From Chiloscyllium plagiosum (Eukaryota), in contig NC_057753.1 in NCBI RefSeq assembly GCF_004010195.1, positions 4,414,060 to 4,478,059 on the forward strand: 64,000 nt of DNA, written 5' to 3'. The translations under genes were made by a program, and so were the position numbers. How positions within the stretch are numbered: position 1 is the stretch's first letter; every line of letters begins with the position of its first letter. Below are positions 53,346 through 64,000 of this stretch, piece after piece. The notes under the pieces are model-generated. The model ran no database searches and was not told where the DNA came from. It worked only from the letters and a program-made list of their open reading frames with translations.

Positions 53346-56300
53346 ACTTTCCAAAGCTTCCACATCCTTCTTATAATGCGGTGACCAGAACTGTACACAG
53401 TACTCCAAGTGCGGCCGCACCAGAGTTTTGAAAACTGCAGCATAATCTCCTGGTTCCGGAACTCGATCCCTCTATTAATAAAAGCTACAACCCTGTCAAA
53501 CTGAGAGGCAAATATCAAGGATCTGCGTACATGGACACCGAGATCTCTCTGCTCATTTACACTACCAAGAATCTTATCATTAGCCCAGTACTTTGCATTC
53601 CAGTTACTCCGACCAAAGTGAATCACCTCACACTTGTCCGCATTAACCACCTCTCAGCCCAGCTCTGCAGCTTATCTATGTCTCCCTGTAACCTACAACA
53701 TCCTTCGTCACTATCCACAACTCCACCGACCTTAGTGTTGTCTGCAAATTTACTAACCCACCCTTCTACGCCCTCATCCAGGTCATTTATAAAAATGATG
53801 AACAGCAGTGGACCCAACACCGACCCTTGTGGTACACCACTAGTAACTGGACTCCAGGATGAACATTTCCTATCAATCACCACCCTCTGTCTTATTTCAG
53901 CAAGCCAATTACTGATCCAAACTGCAATATCTCCTACAATCCCATTCCTCCGCATTTTGTACAATAGCCTACTGTGGGGAACCTTATCGAACGCCTTGCT
54001 GAAATCCATATACACCACATCAACCGGTTTACTCTCATTTACCTGTTTGGTCACCTTCTCGAAGAACGCTCAAAAAGTGCGGCCGGTGGCACAGTGGTTA
54101 GCACTGCCGCCTCACAGCGCCAGAGACCTGGGTTCAATTCTCGCCTCAGGCGACTGACTGTGTGGAGTTTCCACGTTCTCCCCGTGTCTGCGTGGGTTTC
54201 CCCCGGGTGCTCCGGTTTCCTCCCACAGGTCAGGTGAATTGGCCATGCTAAATTGTCCGTAGTGTTAGGTAAGGGGTATGGGTGGGTTGTGCTTTGGCGG
54301 GGCGATGTGGACTTGTTGGGCCGAAGGGCCTGTTTCCACCCTGTAAGTAATCTAATCTAACTCAATAAGGTTTGTGAGGCATGACCTACCCTTTACAAAA
54401 ACGTGCTGACTATCCCTAACCAAATTATTATTTTCTAGATGATCATAAATCCTATCTCTTATAACCTTTTCTAACACTTTAGCAACAACTGAAGTAAGGC
54501 TCGCTGGTCTATAATTACCAGGGTTGTCTCTACTCCCTTTCTTGAACAGGGGAACCACATTTGCTATCCTCCAGTCTTCTGGCACTATTCCTGTAGACAA
54601 GGACGACTTAAAGATAAATGCCAAAGGCTCGACAATCTCCTCCCTGGCTTCCCAGAGGATCCTAGAATTCAATCCCATCCGGCCCAGGGGACTTATCTAT
54701 TTTCACACTCTGCAGTATTTCTAATACCTCTTCCTTGTGAACCTCAATCTCTGTATCTCTGTATCTTCCTCGCCAACATTTTCATTTTCTATAGTGAACA
54801 CTGTCGAAAAATATTTATTTAGTGCTTTCCCTATCTCCTCTGACTCCACACACAACTTCCCACTACTATTCTTGGTTGGCCCTAATCTTACTCTCGTCAT
54901 TCTTTTATTCCTTAAATACCTATAGAAAGCCTTAGGTCTTACCCTGATCCTATCCATCAACAACTTCTCATGTCTCCTCCTGGCTCTTCTGAGCTCTCTC
55001 TTTTGGTCTTTCCTGGCTACCTTGTAACCCTCAAGTGCTCTAACTGAGCCTTCATAAGCATTCCTAACATAAGCATTCTTCTTCCCCTTGACCAGAGATT
55101 CCACTTCGCACATAAACCACGGCTCCCACACTCTACAGTGTCCTGCCTGCCTGACAGGTACATAATTATCTAGGACACTCAGGAGCTTTTCCCTGAATAA
55201 GCTCCACATTTCTAATGTGCCCAATCCCTGCAACTTCCTTCACCAACCTGTTTCCTCAATCTTGCCTAATCGCATCATAATTGCCTTTCCTCCAGCTGTA
55301 ACTCTTGCCCAGTGGTATACACCTATCCCTTTCTATCACTAAAGTAAACATAACAGAATTGTGATCGCTATCACCAAAGTGCTCACCCAGTTCCAAGTCT
55401 AACACCTGGCCAGGCTCGTTACACAGTACCAAATCTAATGTGGCCTCGCCCCTTGTTGGCCTGTCTATATACTGTGTCAGGAAGCCCTCCTGCACTCACT
55501 GGACAAAAACTGACCCATGCTAAATGAATTGGCATTGGCATCGTACTTGTACTATAGTGATCCCAGTCACTATTTGGAAAGTTGAAGTCCCCCATGACAA
55601 CTACCATGTCTCTCTCACTCCTATCGAGAGTCATCTTTGCTATCCTTTCCTCTACATCTCTGGAACTATTCAGAGGCCTATAGAAAACTCCCAACAGGGT
55701 TACTTCTCCTTTCCTGTTTCTAACCTCAGCCCATAGTACCTCTGTTGACGAGTCCCCTAACATCCTTTCTGCAACTGCAATACTGTCCTTGACCAACAGT
55801 GCCACACCTCCCCCTCTTTTACCATCTTCTCTGTTCTGACTGAAATATCTGAATCCTGGAACCTGCAACAACCATTCCTGTCCCTGCTCTATCCATGTCT
55901 CCGAAATGGCCACAACATCGAAGTCCCAGGTAACAACCCATGCTGCAAGTTCACCCACCTTATTCCGGATTCTCCTGGACATTGAAGTAGACACACTTCA
56001 AACCAACTTCTTGCTTGCTGGTGCCATCATGTGTCCCTGAAACTTGATTTTGGACGTCCCTACTCTCAACCTTTTCTATACTCGAACTATAATTTTTGGT
56101 TCCTGCTCGATTAGTTTAAGCCCATCCCAATAGCCTTCGCGAATTTCTCCCCCAGGATATTGATACCCCTCAGGTTCAGATGAAGACCATCCTGCTTGTA
56201 GAGGTCCCACCTACCCCAGAAATAGCCCCAATTATCCAAGAATCCAAAACCCTCCCTCCTGCACCACCGCTGTAGCCACGTGTTCAACTCCTTTCTCTCC

Positions 56301-57000
56301 CTATTCCTCGCCTCACTAGCACGTGGCACGGGCAACAAACCAGAGACAACAACTCTGTTCGTCCTAGCTCTAAGCTTCCATCCTAGTTCCCTGAATTTCT
56401 GCCTTAAATCCCCATCTCTCTTCCTACCTATGTCATTGGTGCTATGCCAGAGCCCTGTGCCCCACTGCTTTCCCCTGGTAAGCCCTCCAACAGTATCCAA
56501 AAAGATATACTTATTGTTGAGGTGAATGGCCACAGGGGATCCCTGCACTGCCTGCCGGTTCCCTTTCCATCCCCTGACTGTAACCATCTGCCTTTTTCTT
56601 GTACCTGAGGGGTGACTACCTCCCTGTAACTCCTTTCAATAACCCCCTCTGCCTCCCGAATGATCCGAATTTCATCCAGCTCCAGCTCCAGTTCCCTAAT
56701 GCGGTTTTCGAGGAGCTGGAGTTGGGTGCACTTCCCGCAGATGTAGTCAGCAGGGACACGAGTGGTGACCCTGACCTCCCACATTCCGCAGGAGGAACAT
56801 TCAACTGCCCTCACCTCCATTCCCACTATTCTAAATTCCCAAAGAGACTGTTGAAAAATAAGGAATAAAAAATAAACTCGTTAGCTTACCAATCTGGGGC
56901 ACAGAACTTTTTTTTGGTTAGAGGAGGAGGATGGGTGGGAGACACTACCCGGATAGTGTTTCGGGTAACGCAACCACACAAAAAATGACTTCCCAGAAGT
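53346..57000 (-). mobile_element. Near full-length CR1 (5' UTR, ORF1, ORF2) lacking its own 3' end
   Basis: ORF1 has CSSCGMW..CGKC Zn finger, coiled coil and SGNH esterase motifs (TNDIG, DGLHLN). ORF2 has [34 protein letters not shown] and PQGSVLGP. Confidence 0.93.
54078..54360 (+). mobile_element. HE1-type SINE inserted in the CR1 RT
   Basis: A and B boxes, V-domain and TAATC tail. It interrupts the LIEFFEK coding segment. Confidence 0.92.
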
Positions 57001-57172
57001 CCTTCACTCCTCCCTCGCACCTCTCGGCAAATTAGATCAGGAGAGACTTAATGAGATCAGAATTAAAGGTTTTCAGTTGTAACAATAGTGACAAAAAGGG
57101 AACTAAAGAGAGTATATGGCATGACCGTCTAATCCCCATAGTAAAAACCTGAGGCGGTCACCAGGAGGTAAC

Positions 57173-57307
57173 CACAGAACTTGTACACGTGGTGGAAAAG
57201 CACATGGTGCACAACGGGAGTACACAGACTTTCCACTTGTGGTCTAAAAGCACTTGAGATCACATCAGGTTGTAGCCACAGAGTATCTACACGTGGTATA
57301 AAAACAC
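57173..57307. repeat. Degenerate tandem repeat, about 50-54 nt period, 3 units
   Basis: CACAGA...GTGGT..AAAA.CAC at 57173, 57223 and 57277. Confidence 0.6.
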
Positions 57308-57487
57308 TTCATTGAACAAACAGTTCTCAGGAACTTGTCTCCATGAATCAGTTTCAAGTACTTTATAGATAAAGCAAACTATCAAAACTGTGGAAAGAAG
57401 CAATGAATGATAACTGCATCCTGTTAATGGTCAACATATTAATGGCCTGATAACAGTATCCTGTTTTCTTTGTTGTCTTGGGAGTAT

Positions 57488-58404
57488 TGTTATGAAGATG
57501 TGGGTGTACTCTACCTTTAAGAGAGTAAAAGCTAACAGTGACAGCACTAAGTGTTCTCAAGAAGAGACAATGCCACATATGCTCCAGCTACGGTGGTAGT
57601 TAGTTGCCTGGAAAGGACAAAACAGATTCGAATTGAGCCAATCAGTTTAAATTATACTCCGAAAAATAGGAAATTGCTATCAAGTTTGAATTGAGTATAT
57701 CTTAAAAGCCAATGACACAACGCAATGCTTTGGGGAATAAAACCGAAGAAAATTGAATACTTGGGGGAGAACCACAGCCAGAGCAACAGCTATAGACTGC
57801 TAGTCAGAACGCTTTGAGAGGTACATGCCTGAAGAAGGAGTTTGAACAGAGAAAAACATCAACACTGATCTACTGACAATGATAAAGAGAAGATTCGACC
57901 ACAGGCTGGTTTTAAAATTTGAATTTTCCTGTAAATCGTAATCTATAGTTGCATTGGACTAGTATTATAGAAGGCAAGGTAACAGATACATTAGAATAAG
58001 TAATTTCAAACCGTTGTTAGTTAATAATTCCCTGCTTTACTCTAAGAAATAACGGTGTTAGTTTTTATTTTAAATACAACTTGGTCACTCGAAAATTTAC
58101 AAATTTCTGCATGGGATAAATCTTTTCGCTGCTGTTGTTGGTTTTAACTTAAGCATGATATGGAGATGCCGGTGTTGGAGTGGGGTGTCCAAATTTAAAA
58201 ATCACACAACACCAGGTTATATTCCAACAGGTTTAATTGGAAGTACAAGCTTTCGGAGCGACGCTCCTTCATCAGCCACAACCACCTGATGAAGGAGCAG
58301 CGCTCTGAAAGCTAGTGCTTCCAATTAAATTTGTTGTACGATAACCTGGTGTTGTGTAATTTTTAACTTAAATTAAGCAAGAGGGTTTACCTCGTGTCGT
58401 AACA
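57488..58404 (+). mobile_element. LTR of a Gypsy (Gmr1-like) retrotransposon
   Basis: Inverted termini TGTTATGA...TCGTAACA, followed after 3 nt by TGGGGGCTC. Confidence 0.75.
58195..58366. repeat. Penelope-derived inverted repeat (arms about 81 bp, 10-nt spacer), each arm beginning with a hammerhead core, inserted in the LTR
   Basis: Arms at 58195-58275 and 58286-58366. Plus-strand CTGATGA-A-GGAGC-agc-GCTCT-GAAAGCTA and its mirror image on the minus strand. Confidence 0.85.
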
Positions 58405-58407
58405 GAC

Positions 58408-58427
58408 TGGGGGCTCTTCGTCAGGAT
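58408..58427 (+). other. Primer binding site, tRNA-Pro-like
   Basis: TGGGGGCTCttcGTCAGGAT compared with the canonical PBS-Pro TGGGGGCTCGTCCGGGAT. Confidence 0.7.
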
Positions 58428-58489
58428 TTGAACTGATTTAGACAGATTCGAATACATTTGGGGGTACAAAAAATCTCCTTGTTCAATTT

Positions 58490-58760
58490 GTTCACTTTCG
58501 ATGACTTGTGATTGCTGAAATTGCTGTGGTTCTGTTCGCAGAGCTGCAAGTTTTTGTTGCAAACGTTTCGTCCCCTGTCTAGGTGACATCCTCAGTGCTT
58601 GGGAGCCTCCTGTGAAGCGCTTCTGTATTGTTTCCTCAGGAAGGGCTTCTGCCCGAAACGTCGATTCTCCTGTTCCCTGGATGCTGCCTGACCTGCTGCG
58701 TTTCTCCAACAACACATTTTCATGTCTGATCTCCAGCATCTGCAGACCTCACTTTCTCCT
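58490..58760. mobile_element. Two Penelope tails back to back (- at 58490-58635, + at 58636-58760)
   Basis: The minus-strand part matches 450-600 and has CTGAGGA...GAAACGTT. The plus-strand part has AAGGGCTTCTGCCCGAAACGTCGA...GATGCTGCCTGACCTGCTG. Confidence 0.8.
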
Positions 58761-58989
58761 CATAGCTTCATTTATTGCCGTTTACCTAACACACAATACA
58801 TGATCTCCTTAAAAGTATTGATTCACTTCCACTGCATTTGATTCCGAGACAATTACGAAGTTTTTTGGGGGCTGGTGACAGGGTGTGTGGAGTGGGGAGA
58901 GGGGGCAATGATGGTGAGAACAGCACATCGTTCCATACGCTAACAACTCATCAGATGTAAATACTATTTTCCTCTGTTTTTGATTTCGT

Positions 58990-60330
58990 TTGCCAAGTAA
59001 GCTATAGCTCTGTTCTCTGATTATCGACTCTACTGCAACTTGTAACATTTGTATTGTAGCGGGGTAGACAAAAGATAGGTTTAGATAAATGAGTTGTAAG
59101 TAGTTGTTGGTTAATGATTCTCTGTTAGACTTTAACAAATTAAAGTTGCTCATTTTTTCTTTAAGTATTGACTTCTGGGGTAGCTCCTTGCCTCTCGAAT
59201 TTTAACAGATTACAGCATCGGGTGAATCTTCTCTGTGTGTCAGTTTTATATAGCAGAGGGGTTTGCTATGTGTTGAAACAGTTTGGGGGCTATCTTCCAA
59301 GGTTTGAATTGGTTTAGACGGATTGGAATAGATTTGGGGGTACGAAAAATCCCAGCAGATTTGAAGACTTGCAAGTTAGTGTCCTAGATCTTTAAATAAA
59401 ACGTAGGTGAGGAAATTCATTTAATTTCGGTGACTTGTAGTTGATTAAATTAGAAGTGAGAGAATGGCTCTTAAAATTCTTAAAGAGGTTCTGGGATTTG
59501 TGGATGATTCTCAACTTTACCAAGAAAGTTTAGAAGGAAAGAATTAGCAGATGAATAGATGTTGGTGCTTATGACAAGCTTCCGTCGATAATTGCATTCT
59601 GTGAGGGATAGAAGTTGAGAGAAGGGGAGATCCTACACTACGAAAGAAAGAGTAGAGAGCACTGGTAAGGATTTACCACAGCTTAAAGAAGCGGAAGTGG
59701 TGGACGAGCGGTGAATGGCCTCCGGTGTCTTCACTGTATTGGAGGTGGACACGGAAAATTACAGCGCCAGTGGTTTCAGAAGTGCACTAAGAAAACATGT
59801 CGTTGAAGAAAGGCAAAGATATTGCAAAAGATGTGGGAAAAGAAGCTAAGCCAGTGGCATTAGTGAAGGAAGTAAAGGAGACCCCAAGAAAATCCGAGGA
59901 GCTGCAGCAGAGTGCACAGTCGAGGCAGGGGCTGGGTATGGAGTTAGTATCTGATATCTACAAAGAATTCGCCTCTGTGGGTAAAGTTTACTTAGAAAGA
60001 ACAGGGGGAGAAGGACAAGAAGTAATAATTTTGAGAGATACAGAGTAATCAATTGCTGGTAGCGAGATATGTGCGAATACGCACTCTTCCTTATCTGTTA
60101 CCCGAGATTGTGATAATTTGTGTGATAGATGGACAGAAATTTAGTGTTCCCCTGTGTAAGATCAGGTTGGAGTGCCAACTTAAGTCTGGAGAGTGGGAGT
60201 GATTGACAGAGTGTCAATTCCAGGAGTTCAGTTTGTTCTTGGGAATGATTTGGCAGGATCCAACTTGGGAGTGACATCTCTTGTTGTGGAGAAGCCCAAG
60301 GAATACCACCAAACCGAAGAGTTAAAACAG
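58990..60330 (+). mobile_element. Second Gmr1-like Gypsy remnant: LTR 3' end, PBS, deleted gag and protease
   Basis: ...GAAACA at 59280 is followed by GTTTGGGGGCT, paralleling 58381-58480. ATGGCTCTT at 59464. IILRDT and GNDLAG are aspartic-protease-like remnants. Confidence 0.7.
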
Positions 60331-60399
60331 AAATGCAAAAAATAAAGGAAAATGCAAGAATGCTGGAATGACAGAATGCAAGAATGGCAGAATGCAGAA

Positions 60400-61060
60400 G
60401 TTGCAGAGAACTGGAGAAGCGCCAATGTTTTCCTATTGCTTAGAAGGGTAGTGGAGATAATCGAGGAAATAATAAGCCTGTGAGCCTCAAGTCGGTGGCA
60501 GGGAAGTTATTGGAAATGATTCTTAAGTACAATATTAATATGCATTTAGAGGAAAATTGATTTATTAGCGATAGACTGCATGGTTTTGTATGGGGAAGGT
60601 AGAGCCTCACTAATTTGATCAATTTTATTTGAGGAGGTATCAAATGTCATTGATGGAAAAAGCAATTGATGGAGCTTTTTCAGGAGATGATCTATAAGAC
60701 AAAAAGTATTGATGTTGTCTACATGGACTTCGGTAAAGCCTTTGACAAGGGCTGTCATGGCACACATGGTATTGCGGTGAGTGGGCAAGATAGATACACA
60801 ACTAGCTTCGTTATAGGAGACAGAGGGTGGGGTGGAAGAATGCTTTTCAGAATTGAGAGTTGTAACTATTGAGGCACAGGGATCAGAGTTGGAAACTCTG
60901 CTGTTTGGGTCTACATAAATGATTTGGAGGAAAACGTGGTTGGTCTAGTTAGTAAGTTTGTGGATGATGCAAAGATTGTTGGAGCTGTGGATAGTGAGGA
61001 GAATTGTCAGAGGATAAAGCAGAATATAGATCAGTTGGAGATATGGGCAGAAAATAGCGA
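60400..61060 (+). mobile_element. Degraded CR1 RT fragment
   Basis: DVVYMDFGKAFDK and SKFVDD. Confidence 0.85.
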
Positions 61061-61413
61061 AAAAGGTTCTGCCCATATATCCAACTGATCTATATTCTGC
61101 TTTATCCTCTGACAATCCTCCTCACTATCAACAGTTACAACGCTCAATTCTGAAAAGCATTCTTCCGCCCCACCCTCTATCGCCTATGACGAAGCTAGTT
61201 CTGTGGGAGGAGCAATGAGGAAACTGCCTTTCACCGTATAATTTCCATCTGTACCCGATCTTTTAAAATGTGTTACCAAAAGATGGAAATTATACAGTGA
61301 AAGGCAGTTTCCTCATTTCTCCTCCCACATCGGTATCCCAGATCCAACCTTCCAACTCGGGACGGCTCTCTTCACCTCTACTCGAACATCAAACAATGTT
61401 CGAGTAGAGGTGA
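60800..61413. repeat. Cluster of inverted repeats (fold-back hairpins)
   Basis: Arm pairs: 60990-61052/61067-61129, 60800-60872/about 61128-61200, 61202-61250/61281-61329 and 61372-61389/61396-61413. Confidence 0.92.
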
Positions 61414-61591
61414 TGTGCTTTTGGTGTGACGGAATAATTATGTGGTGGTCAGTTCGTCTCATGTTAATGTGAATTTAAAATCTGCTTATTGACCAGAAAG
61501 AAATGCACTGACTTAAATACTTTTAGGTAAATTCCATTAGCCTCCATTGTTTAATATGAGCACTTTTCCCTCAAATCTCTCAAATTAAAGT

Positions 61592-61872
61592 TGGGGGCAG
61601 CTCGATGGCTCAGTGGTTGGCACTGCTGCCTCACAGCACCAGGGACCCAGATTCAATTCCAGCCTCGGAGTGGAGTTTACACATTCTCCCCATGTCTGCG
61701 TGGGTTTCCTCCGGTTTCCTCCTACAATCCAAAGATTTGCAGGTCAGGTGAATCGGCCATGTTAAATTGCCCATTAGTCAGAGGGAAATGGGTCTGGGTG
61801 AGTTGCTGTTCGGAGGGTCGGTGTGGACTTGTGGGGCCGAAGGGCCTTTTTCCACACTGTAGGGAATCTAAT
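61592..61872 (+). mobile_element. HE1-type SINE
   Basis: tRNA-like head, V-domain and tail ACTGTAGGGAATCTAAT. Confidence 0.88.
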
Positions 61873-62599
61873 CCAAACTCCTGGATTAAGTTCAACACAG
61901 AAATAATATTTTAGTACATCGGCATTTCTTGATGAATAACCCCAAGTGTAAATGAGAGAATATTGATTGATCAAAGAGATTGATGCAACTTAAAATTTTG
62001 GAACTGTTTCAGATTAACTCAGGAATAATCATTTTGACAGATGGAATTCTGGTTAGAGATGCATTAGACAGGTTCAGTGTTGAAAGATCATTGGCAGGAC
62101 GCAATGTTTCAACAGCACATCTGTTGAAACAATCTCAGAACAAAGCTATTTTACAGACGTGAAATTTTTGATCTTCCTGATGGAATAAATATGTAGTCAC
62201 CAGATCATTCCCTGATCCGAAGTATGTGAGTCGTCAGTTTGTTCATCAAACAGCCGCAGAAGAGCCGGAAAGCTTCTCATGAGCTCAAAAGTGTACATTA
62301 GTAGGTGATGGGAATATTTGAGTGTCCATGCAGTAGAAACATGACCATCTGCGAAGATTGTGTCAAGGTAATGGTAAATGTGAGATAAAGAGGGAAGGCA
62401 ACAGGTTCTGTATGGAAAATATTTATGTAATCGATAATGTTGCAAGAGCAAATGGCAAACTTTGGGAGTGGATGTCTCATAAATCACGTGATTAACTATA
62501 GTTGGATACACAAGTGTGAACATTAATTAACTGGGCTATCAAGAGTGGAAACTTAATTAACTAATAGATAAAAATAGATCCAAGCAAGGATGGTTTCGT

Positions 62600-63525
62600 T
62601 CATAGAACAAGCATAGAACATAAAAGTGTACAGTACAGGAACATGCCCTTCAGACCACGATGCTGTTCAGAACATGATGCCAAATTAAACTAATCCCTTC
62701 TGCCTGCCGTTGTCCCATATTACTCCATTCCTTGCATATTCATGTGCTTATCTAAAATTCCCTTAAATGCCGTTGTCGTGTTTGATTCCACCACTATCTG
62801 TGGCAGTGCGTTCCAGACTCTGACCGTGTACAAAACTTACCTCTCACATCTCCTTTGAGCTGTTCCCCTCTCACCTTAAATGCATGTCCCTTCATATTAG
62901 AGATTTCAACTCTGGGGGAAAAAAGATTCTGACCGTCAAAACTTATCTGTGCATCTTATCAATTTACAAACTACTACCAATTGTTCTCCCAGCCGCCAAC
63001 GCTCCAGAGAAAGTAACACGAGTTTTTCTAACCTCTCGTTATTTCTCATACCCTGCAAAGCTCCTCTGCACCCTCTCCAAAACCTCCACATCCTTTCTGG
63101 AACGTGGTGAACAGAATTGAACACTGTATTGTAAGCATGGCCTGGTCAAAGTCTTAAAATGCTGGCACATGACTTCCAAACCTTTGTACTCATTTTCATT
63201 ACCAAGAGAGGCAAGCATGCCACACGCCTCTTTTAAAGAGTATGTTATCTACTTATGTGACCAATGTCAGGGAGTGATGGACTTAAACTCCAAGGATCCA
63301 ACAATTAACTATATATTTTTCCTTAACATTTGTCCCCCAGAATGCACCATTTCACACCTACTCAGTTTGAACTCCATTTGCCATTTCTCCACTCATTTCT
63401 GCAGTTGATCTCTACCCCACTATATCCTTTGACAATCTACATTGTCGAACACTGCACTAATCTTTGCATCATCTGAATACTTATCAACCTACATATTTAA
63501 ATTTTCATCTAAGTCATTTTTATAT
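62600..63525 (-). mobile_element. CR1 3' fragment
   Basis: CATAGAACA tail and reverse-strand RT C-terminal remnants. Confidence 0.8.
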
Positions 63526-63533
63526 ACATATTT

Positions 63534-63563
63534 ACACACACACACACACACACACATACACAC
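63534..63563. repeat. (CA)n microsatellite
   Basis: Visible ACAC run with one interruption. Confidence 0.95.
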
Positions 63564-63599
63564 TCAAATTAGCAGTGCATTTATTTTTCACAAGGATTC

Positions 63600-63905
63600 T
63601 GGTATGGTGGCTCAGTGGTTTGCACTGCTACCTCACAGCACCAGAGTCCTAGGTTCAATTCCAGCCTTGGGCGACTGTCTGTGTGGAGTTTGTACATTCT
63701 CCCTGTGTCTGCGTGGGTTTCCTCTGCATGCTCTGGTTTCCTCCCATGAAGATGTGCAGGTTAGGTGAATTGGCCATACTAAATTACCTGTAGTTTTAGG
63801 TGCATTAGTCAGAGGGAAATGGGTCTGGGTGTGTTACTCTTTGGAGGGTCAGTGTTGACTGGTTGGGCTGAAGGGCCTGTTTCCATACTGTAGGAATCTA
63901 ATCTA
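63600..63905 (+). mobile_element. HE1-type SINE
   Basis: A-box TGGCTCAGTGG, B-box GGTTCAATTCC, V-domain and tail. Confidence 0.9.
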
Positions 63906-64000
63906 AAATAAAATTTTAACAGGATTGTTACTTTCATTATGGTGATGCAATGTTAAATTGATTAACTTGATCTTGAGTGTCTGTTGAACATCCATCAAAA

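Noticed and set aside
57173..57307. Repeat-spacer appearance suggestive of a CRISPR array
   Set aside because: This is vertebrate DNA, the repeats are degenerate and there are no cas genes.
43000..64000. A fourth receptor paralog or pseudogene
   Set aside because: I found no exon-1 (IYYP) or exon-2 motif by eye or in the ORF track. A heavily decayed copy cannot be excluded without tBLASTn.

Overview
This is vertebrate genomic DNA, most likely from an elasmobranch (shark or ray), judged from HE1/V-type SINEs, abundant CR1 LINEs and Penelope-like elements. The only host genes I can support are three tandem, co-oriented (minus-strand) paralogous class A GPCR genes of the GPR139/GPR142-like group. 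Each has a 70-nt coding exon 1 and a 908-917-nt exon 2 joined by a phase-1 GT-AG intron in TM1, and each gives an intact 325-328 aa protein. All three share a promoter at near-identical distance from the ATG: a TATA-like box, an O/E(EBF)-like palindrome and a homeodomain site 3 bp away. This resembles olfactory-receptor promoters and suggests a possible chemosensory receptor family (inference). The rest is mostly transposon-derived: nested and tandem CR1 copies, SINEs, Gmr1-like Gypsy LTR remnants with a tRNA-Pro PBS, and Penelope ends carrying minimal hammerhead ribozyme motifs. There is also a cluster of fold-back hairpins near 61 kb and a 733-N assembly gap. Repeat boundaries are approximate and were read by eye.
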